Positions 56,258 to 63,628 of a stretch of DNA of 64,000 bases are shown piece after piece. Within the stretch, counting starts at the first letter, position 1, and every line of letters starts with the position of its first letter. Under the pieces are notes generated by a model, which did not search any database, was not told where the DNA came from, and saw only the letters and a list, made by a program, of their open reading frames with translations. This DNA is from an uncultured Bacillales bacterium. GTDB lineage: Bacteria > Bacillota_I > Bacilli_A > Izemoplasmatales > Hujiaoplasmataceae. The position numbers and the translations under genes were made by a program. The stretch covers positions 1,823,517-1,887,516 of the forward strand of contig OW818673.1 in the NCBI GenBank assembly GCA_942493185.1. The letters run 5' to 3'.

Positions 56258-58183
56258 ATGAATTTGCGCAAATTTTTATTGATTTTCACACTCTTCATTG
56301 CATTATTTGGTATCGTTGCTTGTGATAAAAACGTTGAAACAACAACCACTACCGAATCTACATCAAGTACTCAATCAACCACATCAACGACTGTATCTTC
56401 AGGGACTACGATTACTACAACTACCACAAGCAATACCACAATCTCAACTACAACCACAACGACGACCGCTACAACCCAGGATCAAACTCTATTGCTTCTG
56501 GAAGCCGCTGCAAGTAACATCGTTATTGCTAATGCCGATAACATTACCGCTGATTTCCAATTACCCTCAAATGCTGGTTCCATTGAAATTGTTTGGGAGT
56601 CCAGTAATCCTGAAATCATTATTATTGCCTCAACCACTGTTTCGGTTGAAGAAGCCCAATTCTTTAATGTATTGGTAAACAGTCCCGCTGGTTCAGATGA
56701 GACTATTACTTTGACCGCAACTTTATCCTTAAATGCTCAGACGCTTGAAAGATCAATTCAATTAGTTGTAAAAGCGGAAGTGGGGCTATCGGCTTATAAT
56801 ACAGTAAGCGAAATGTATTCAACCGCCGTTTTAAATGAATATATTCAAATGTCGGGTTACGTCTATATGGTTTACGAAGCTGGATATGCAATTCTCGATT
56901 CGAATGGGGACGGACTTATTATCTATACAACCGTAGAAAATGCCGATTTGGTTCAGGTTGGCGATTATGTATCCGTTAAAGGCATTTATGCTCAGTATAA
57001 TACCCTTTTCCAATTAAAAGATTTAACGAAGCAATATATTTTAAGTCGGGGAAACAATGTTTCTGTATCTCCAATCATTTTAGAGAATCCACAGGATTTA
57101 TTAGCAGTAGATTCAGCCAATAAATTAAATCATGGAAAGATTTATACCATCACCACCGAAGTTTATATCAACGGTTCTGGAAATGTTGTCTTATATGATG
57201 GAGAAACTTACATAGGAACAGTCTATTATAATTCCAATGTTGACTCGATAAACGCACTTAAAGCCCATGACGGCGAAAAAGTGACCATCGATGTCTTATA
57301 TTATGTTCTTCATCCAACCGATGGTGTTCGAGTGGCCTTTGATGGATTAGAAGAAGACATTGAAGTTGTTCCCTACACGTTAGAACAAATGTTTAATCTA
57401 GATGGTCAAATCTTATCTGAACCAATTACCCTATCTGACTTATTTGAACTCCCCCAATTGTTATTCTCTACGTATGATGGCATCGTTATCTCAGAAGCGT
57501 TGGCCAACAATTTAACGTACGATGGAAATGAGTACGCAATTGTTCGCCCATCGAACATAGAAGGAAATGTATCCGGTACTTTGACAATTACCATTCGTAT
57601 TGGCGAAGAAACAAGAGAAGTTATTGTGAATGTTACGATTATAGCGGAATCATCAGCCAGCGCCACTGACTTGTTTATTAGTGAGTACATCGAAGGCGGA
57701 AGCTACAATAAACTAATAGAAATCTACAACGCAACCAATAGCGCAATTGATTTATCCGAATACACCCTAGAACTGTATGTTTGTGGCTCATCTTGTGCAA
57801 CAACCGCCTCAACGGTTCTCTCCTTAAGCGGCACACTCCAACCCGGTCAAACATTAGCGATATATAATGCCGGTGCCACCGCAGAATTTAAATTAAAAGC
57901 GAATATCAATGTCGAATCGAATCCTTTGGCCAATTTTAATGGCGATGATACGATTGTATTAAAACATAACGGCGATATCATTGATAGTATTGGACAAATT
58001 GGCACTGATCCCGGTGATTTTTGGGGCGATGTATCCGTATCCACGAAAGATATGACTCTGGTTCGTAAGCCATATATTAAATCAGGAGATACTAATCCTA
58101 ATGATGCCTATGATCCTAGCGCGGAGTGGATTGCATATGCAAAAGATACATATACTAATGTTGGAACGCATACCGTCGAATAA
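56258..58183 (+). CDS. Surface lipoprotein, shorter paralog of 51747-56102 (Ig-like repeat, one OB-like module, Ig-like unit, C-terminal LTD)
   Basis: About 641 aa from the ATG at 56258 (RBS gagagg). Lipobox IVAC plus a ~55-aa Thr/Ser-rich linker. It is colinear with aa ~140-440 of the 1451-aa protein (for example [19 protein letters not shown] versus KGLYKNYNTLFQISNLTKQ). LTD from nt ~57664: [31 protein letters not shown]...[13 protein letters not shown]. Confidence 0.85.
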   Translation: [641 protein letters not shown]

Positions 58184-58191
58184 TTAAAGAT

Positions 58192-58233
58192 AAAAAAAGA
58201 ACGCCAAGACATAAAAAATCTTGGCGTTTTTGT
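58192..58233. terminator. Bidirectional terminator (LTD gene / endonuclease I gene convergent)
   Basis: Perfect 10-bp stem aacgccaaga / tcttggcgtt with A-run and T-run flanks. Confidence 0.8.
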
Positions 58234-58250
58234 TCATCAATTTTTATTGA

Positions 58251-59540
58251 TTAAGACCAAATCATGTCCACAAATTGTGGATAATCAATGAATGGATTAC
58301 GGTTATGTTGGAATGAATAGATTTTGTCGTTGCGGTTTCTTTCAAAATCATCGACAGGGTCTAAATCGTGCCATTCCAATAACGTATCAAGTTTTCCCAT
58401 TTGATTGGTTGTTGGCGTTGTATTTACTAACGAATATATTTGATACATAATAACCATATAGAATAATATTCTAGCTAAATCGCCTCGCACTTCTAGTCGG
58501 GTGGGAGCATAGCTGACGGAAGTTGTCAAATCATCATAAAATTTATTACCACGGCTGGAATTGGTTGAGGGATTAGCGGGTTTCAGATTATGAAGATCAC
58601 TTGCGGCATTGACCGTTCCGTTATCAGCGGGAACCCCTAATAATGATTGCGGCCACACATGTTCTCGGTTCCATGTGATACCACCATCCCATGCGCCGCT
58701 AACAGAAGTACCCAGATAAACCAAAATGAGATTGTTCGCATTATTGGGGTCTCTATCGGTATCATCGAGCATGTATCTTGCATCCCCATAAGTGACGCCA
58801 ACAAAACCGGTGTGGACGATGATTCTTAGTTGACTAACCAACTGTGTTCCTGTTAAACCTTCAGCGCTTTGGTAATATTCTGTTAATACAAGGGTATCTT
58901 CAGAAATTGTAATGGTGAAAGAAGATTCTAAGCCCAGTACGGATATGATGACCTCAACTTCACCAACCGTTGACATATCCACATCGTTTAGAGAATATTG
59001 CGAATTTGTTAAAGTAATATAAGAGGTATCTTCACCCACAAGTTTAACCACCATTCCGGTTAAATCAAGAGTTTCGTTAACGGAATATTCTAGTTTTGTT
59101 GGCGGGGTAACGGATAATGTAAATGAGAAGTTTATGGGTGTTTCTTTGACATAGACCACAAAGGTCTTTGTAAAAGTAGCATAAGTAACCGTAATTGTTT
59201 GCATACCCGGTGTTTGGTTGTCATAACCAGAGACAGTATATACTTCACTTGATAAAACGGTTTTATCGCCCAATCCGTTAATAGCACTGACAATTAGACC
59301 GGTTAAATCGAGTGATTCACCCAATTCATAAACATTTTTGTATGTACCGGATAACTCAATATCAACGTCGTGTTGCCACCATGTACCAGAGGTGAGATAC
59401 TCCGTTGTCGTAGAAGCGGTGGTTTCTGTGGTTGCTGTTGTTGTTGTGCTGGAAGTGGTAAATAAGTCACAAGCAAGAACGGAAAAACTGGTTAATAAGA
59501 TTAAAAGAAATGCGATTATTTTTTTTGTGTAAAATGTCAT
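58251..59540 (-). CDS. Lipoprotein Endonuclease I family nuclease with two N-terminal Ig-like domains
   Basis: 429 aa. Lipobox VLAC plus poly-Thr. Two units of the Y-x-x-G/N-E-x-L-D-L-T-G-L/M-x-V ... V-T/I-V type. The Endonuclease I core carries NREHVWPQS, DLHNLKPANPSTNSSRGN, RGDLARILFYM and NRNDKIYSFQHNRNPFIDYP. Confidence 0.88.
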   Translation of the reverse strand: MTFYTKKIIAFLLILLTSFSVLACDLFTTSSTTTTATTETTASTTTEYLTSGTWWQHDVDIELSGTYKNVYELGESLDLTGLIVSAINGLGDKTVLSSEVYTVSGYDNQTPGMQTITVTYATFTKTFVVYVKETPINFSFTLSVTPPTKLEYSVNETLDLTGMVVKLVGEDTSYITLTNSQYSLNDVDMSTVGEVEVIISVLGLESSFTITISEDTLVLTEYYQSAEGLTGTQLVSQLRIIVHTGFVGVTYGDARYMLDDTDRDPNNANNLILVYLGTSVSGAWDGGITWNREHVWPQSLLGVPADNGTVNAASDLHNLKPANPSTNSSRGNKFYDDLTTSVSYAPTRLEVRGDLARILFYMVIMYQIYSLVNTTPTTNQMGKLDTLLEWHDLDPVDDFERNRNDKIYSFQHNRNPFIDYPQFVDMIWS

Positions 59541-59690
59541 AATAGCCCAACCTTTATATAGAGTAATGAAGTGTATTTAGTATACCACAATTTTTGGATA
59601 ATTCCAATTGTTTCTATCATGCCCCCTACCCCAATAAAGTGCAATACAAGCCATTTTAGAAGCCTTTATCTTTCTATCTCGAATATTCCA

Positions 59691-59699
59691 TGATATAAT
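59691..59699 (+). promoter_or_regulatory. Extended -10 (TGATATAAT) for the DHH gene pair
   Basis: Exact 9-mer 32 nt upstream of the ATG at 59731. Confidence 0.5.
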
Positions 59700-59730
59700 A
59701 TAATACTCTAAAGAATATGGAGTTTATGAA

Positions 59731-60666
59731 ATGACAAAAACAATCATCGACTTAATCAATGAAAACCAAAAAATAATTATCTTACGCCATAAAGATCCCG
59801 ACTTAGACGCATACGGGTCACAATTTGGATTATATTATGCACTAAAAGCCAAATTTCCCAATAAACAAATAAGTGCCGTTGGCGATACCAATGCATTAAA
59901 TCGTTTTGAACCGTTAAGTACTGTTTTACCTTCAGATTATCAAGAGTCCTTGGTATTTATCTTGGATACTGTTTCCAAACAAATGCTTGAAGGATCTTTA
60001 TACGAACAATCAAAAACACTTGTTTTGATTGATCACCATCAAAACGAACCCGATATTCGTTATGACCACTATATAAGGAATACAAGCGCGTCCTCGTGCG
60101 CGGAGATGATTGCGAGTTTCTTGCTTGAAAATCATATCCCGATTCCTTTAAATTCAGCGGGCGCTTTATTTACCGGGATTGTATCTGATACAGGTCGGTT
60201 CTTATATCGAAACGTCACAGCAACATCCTTTGAAATTGCGGCTAAATTAATCGCAACCGGCCTTGATATTCAACCCATTTACGCCCAAATGTATTCTGAA
60301 CCCTTACAAAACAAACGCTTAAAAGCGATCTTCTTTAGTACCGTTCAGTTCTCAAAACATCACGTTGCTTACCGAAAGAACGATGAGGACTTCTTAAAAG
60401 CCAATAATATTGATTCTTACAGCGTTAGCCGTGGGATGGTTAATCAAATGTCTGGTATTGATGAAGTGCCGATTTGGGCAAACTTTACATATGACCAAAA
60501 AACTGGTAAAATCTTATGTGAGCTCCGCTCTAAAAACATCGCCATTGTCGATGTTGCAAAAAAATATGGCGGCGGTGGACACTTAAACGCTTGTGGCTGT
60601 ATGGTATCATCGTGGGAAGAAACGGATTTAATCATACAAGATTTAGATAACCTATTGGAGGAATAA
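59731..60666 (+). CDS. nrnA: DHH/DHHA1 phosphoesterase (NrnA-like nanoRNase / pAp phosphatase)
   Basis: 311 aa with HKDPDLDAYGS, ILDT, DHH (LIDHHQN), SDTGRF, and the DHHA1 motif GGGGHLNACG. Confidence 0.85.
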   Translation: MTKTIIDLINENQKIIILRHKDPDLDAYGSQFGLYYALKAKFPNKQISAVGDTNALNRFEPLSTVLPSDYQESLVFILDTVSKQMLEGSLYEQSKTLVLIDHHQNEPDIRYDHYIRNTSASSCAEMIASFLLENHIPIPLNSAGALFTGIVSDTGRFLYRNVTATSFEIAAKLIATGLDIQPIYAQMYSEPLQNKRLKAIFFSTVQFSKHHVAYRKNDEDFLKANNIDSYSVSRGMVNQMSGIDEVPIWANFTYDQKTGKILCELRSKNIAIVDVAKKYGGGGHLNACGCMVSSWEETDLIIQDLDNLLEE

Positions 60667-60667
60667 C

Positions 60668-61633
60668 ATGGACAAACAATTTATACTAGATAAGATTTTA
60701 GCGTACAAAAAAATCATCATACACATGCATATGCGTCCAGATGGCGACTGCTACGGCGCCGGATTTGGACTAAAGCACATTCTTAAAGAATCATTTCCCG
60801 AAAAAGAAGTTTACATTGTTGGCGAAACGGCCGATTATGTTAAATTTATCGGCGATGTGGATATCATCACAGATGAAACCTACCAAGGAGCTTTATCGAT
60901 TGTGGTGGATACTGCCACAAAAGACCGTGTTGCAGATCAACGCTTTGTAAAAGGCGAATACGTCATTAAAATTGATCATCATCTCCCAGTAGATCAATAC
61001 GGGGATTACCAATACGTGGATGTTACAAGACCGGCAACCTCACAAATCATTTTGGAATTTTACTTAGAATATTCCAATATTTTGAAACTCAATATGGCCG
61101 CAGCTAGAGCGCTATACACCGGCATCGTCACCGATACCGGTCGGTTCAAATACCGTTCAGTTACCGCTGATACCTTTAAAGCCGTCGCTCATTTAATCGA
61201 TTTTGGCCTTGATTTTGGTAATATCCTAACAATGTTAGATGTTAAAACCGAAAATCAAATGAAACTTCAAGGTTATGTCTTACAAAACTTCGAAAAGACA
61301 CCCAATGGCGTTGCCTATATCAAAATGTCTCCAGACATCATTAAAAAATTCAATGTTTCTTTAGAAGAAGCAACCTCCTTGGTCAACGAATTATCGTGTT
61401 TAGAGGATTGCCCGGTATGGATGTTATTCGCTGAATACGAAAACAACATTGTCAGAGCCAGACTACGTTCAAAAGGCCCCGCCATCAACTTGTTAGCCAA
61501 CAAATATGACGGCGGCGGACACCCCATGGCCTGCGGAGCCAATGTTGGAAACTGGGAAACGGTTGATAAGATTTTAAAAGACGCAGACGATTTAGTTAAA
61601 GAGTATAAAGCCAATTTAAAGCCAATCGCTTAA
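60668..61633 (+). CDS. Second DHH/DHHA1 phosphoesterase (NrnA/Pde2-like paralog)
   Basis: 321 aa with HMRPDGDCYGAG, VVDT, IDHH, TDTGRFKY and GGGHPMACG. Its start is 1 nt after the previous stop. Confidence 0.85.
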   Translation: MDKQFILDKILAYKKIIIHMHMRPDGDCYGAGFGLKHILKESFPEKEVYIVGETADYVKFIGDVDIITDETYQGALSIVVDTATKDRVADQRFVKGEYVIKIDHHLPVDQYGDYQYVDVTRPATSQIILEFYLEYSNILKLNMAAARALYTGIVTDTGRFKYRSVTADTFKAVAHLIDFGLDFGNILTMLDVKTENQMKLQGYVLQNFEKTPNGVAYIKMSPDIIKKFNVSLEEATSLVNELSCLEDCPVWMLFAEYENNIVRARLRSKGPAINLLANKYDGGGHPMACGANVGNWETVDKILKDADDLVKEYKANLKPIA

Positions 61634-61655
61634 TCAAACTTATTCATTCATTACG

Positions 61656-61696
61656 AGAGCTATTCCCCGTATTCTTATCGGGAATAGCTCTTTCTA
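61656..61696 (+). terminator. Rho-independent terminator after the DHH pair
   Basis: 12-bp perfect stem agagctattccc / gggaatagctct followed by a T-rich tail. Confidence 0.8.
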
Positions 61697-61760
61697 TTTA
61701 TATTTTATGCAATTAATCGAATGAAAGTGTTTTTATATTATTCTTTTATTGAAGCGGATT

Positions 61761-61769
61761 TGATATAAT
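61761..61769 (+). promoter_or_regulatory. Extended -10 (TGATATAAT) upstream of the Na/Pi cotransporter gene
   Basis: Exact 9-mer about 95 nt upstream of the start codon. Confidence 0.45.
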
Positions 61770-61865
61770 GATAGCGGCTGAGAAAACCATAAAAACAATT
61801 TGCCTTCTGGCAATTCAATGATATAACTTTACAACATTCGACACACTATAAATCGGAGGGTTTGC

Positions 61866-63542
61866 ATGCTGCTAATGGATATCGTAATTGATTGGCAATG
61901 GACCATTTTTCACATCGTCGGCGGTCTTGGAATTTTTTTATACGGAATAAACCTCATGGGCGATTCGCTCAAAAAGATCGCAGGTAAAAAATTAAAAATC
62001 ATTTTAGAAAAAACAACGAACACGCCCCTTAAAGGAATTTTCGTTGGTATTATCGTTACTGGATTAATCCAGTCCTCTTCGGCAACCACCGTTTTAGTGG
62101 TTGGCTTAGTCCGCGCCGGCTTGATGACTTTACCGCAAGCGGTTGGTGTTATATTTGGTGCTAACATAGGTACCACCATCACCTCCATTTTAATCGGGTT
62201 AGACATAGGAGCTTATGCACTTCCCATCATGTTTGTGGGTAGTGCCTTGTCATTCTTCTTCCAAGGTAAAAAAATACGCGATATTGGAAAAACTATTTTA
62301 GGCTTTGGAATGATGTTTTTCGGACTCGAATTAATGGGTGATTCATTAAAACAATTGGCTCAGTTACCCAGCTTTGCAAATATGCTCTTATCCGTCGCAC
62401 ATTACCCAATTCTAGGGGTTTTAGTCGGACTTGGCACCACAGTGGTCATTCAATCTTCTTCGGCGACCATTGGTCTATTACAACAACTATTCGTGACTGG
62501 CGGTATTCCTTTAGTTGGCGCTATTGCCATCGTATTGGGAGATAACATTGGCACAACGATTACTTCTGTAATCGCTTCAATTGGGGCACCTTCTGCCGCG
62601 AAGCGATCAGCAGCGATTCATGTCATGTTTAACTTAATTGGTAGTGTCGTCTTTTTCATCTTATTGACGCCTTATACAGCTGTAGTAGCTTGGGTTAGTG
62701 AAAGCATGGTAGGCGCTGGCTATTTGACCGATAAATTAACCGTATCAGTTGCCCACGTTTTGTTTAACGTCATCAACGTCTTCGTCTTGTATTGGTTTAT
62801 CAAACAAATGGTTTGGGTGGTAACCAAGCTTATCCCCTCTAAAAACGAAGTGGTTATCGACGACATCGTTTTAGATGAATCGTTGGTTCAAAACTCGGCC
62901 GTCCTTGCGTTGGAAAACTCGAAAAAAGCGATTATCAATATGGGAAATGTTTGCCGCGCGATGTTTGAATATGCGTACGATTATTCCTTTGAAAATGTGG
63001 CGAAGAACCGTGAAATGGGTTTGCAATGCGAAGAAATTATTGATGGCATGGATGACAAGATTCATAACTATTTGGTCCGGGTCGGAGCGGGAGAATTAGG
63101 CCGTTACGAAATGACGGAAATGGCCAAACAAATTGATACGATCAGTGACTTTGAACGTATTGGCGACCATTTGACCAATTTGATTGAATTCTTCGAAGAA
63201 CGCTATAACCAAAAAATCGATTTACATCCTGAAGCAAAAGCCGATTTGGTCGATTTATATACCTTATTAAGAAAGACCTTGCATCAGTCGCTACAAGCCT
63301 TTGATTCTAAAGACAAAAACGTTGCGACGGAAGTCAATGTCCGTGAAAACGAATTAGACAAACTCGTCAAAAAGTATCGTAAAAACCATATCAACCGGAT
63401 TAATGACAAAACCTGTTCTGAAACCGAAGCGGGATTTTACGTCGATATCCTTTCGAATATGGAACGCATTGGCGACCATTGCAATAACATCGTTGTTAAT
63501 GTGCTTTCTGAGAGTTATTCGCATGACGATAATTTCTTTTAA
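61866..63542 (+). CDS. Na+/phosphate cotransporter (NptA/YjbB type) with a C-terminal PhoU-like domain
   Basis: 558 aa. Duplicated QSSSATT/QSSSATI and GANIGTT/GDNIGTT motifs of the Na/Pi-cotransporter family. C-terminal paired ERIGDH motifs (PhoU-like). Confidence 0.9.
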   Translation: MLLMDIVIDWQWTIFHIVGGLGIFLYGINLMGDSLKKIAGKKLKIILEKTTNTPLKGIFVGIIVTGLIQSSSATTVLVVGLVRAGLMTLPQAVGVIFGANIGTTITSILIGLDIGAYALPIMFVGSALSFFFQGKKIRDIGKTILGFGMMFFGLELMGDSLKQLAQLPSFANMLLSVAHYPILGVLVGLGTTVVIQSSSATIGLLQQLFVTGGIPLVGAIAIVLGDNIGTTITSVIASIGAPSAAKRSAAIHVMFNLIGSVVFFILLTPYTAVVAWVSESMVGAGYLTDKLTVSVAHVLFNVINVFVLYWFIKQMVWVVTKLIPSKNEVVIDDIVLDESLVQNSAVLALENSKKAIINMGNVCRAMFEYAYDYSFENVAKNREMGLQCEEIIDGMDDKIHNYLVRVGAGELGRYEMTEMAKQIDTISDFERIGDHLTNLIEFFEERYNQKIDLHPEAKADLVDLYTLLRKTLHQSLQAFDSKDKNVATEVNVRENELDKLVKKYRKNHINRINDKTCSETEAGFYVDILSNMERIGDHCNNIVVNVLSESYSHDDNFF

Positions 63543-63628
63543 AAAACAACGAAAAAATAATGAAAAGATGATACTTGTATTTGACAACGTTTTAATATAT
63601 AATATGTAAAGCATTTAATAGGTGAATT

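Noticed and set aside
56298-56678. 126-aa plus-strand alternative-frame ORF rich in Pro/Gln/Leu
   Set aside because: It is an out-of-frame reading of the poly-Thr linker region of the LTD paralog. It is a by-product of the ACN codon repeats.
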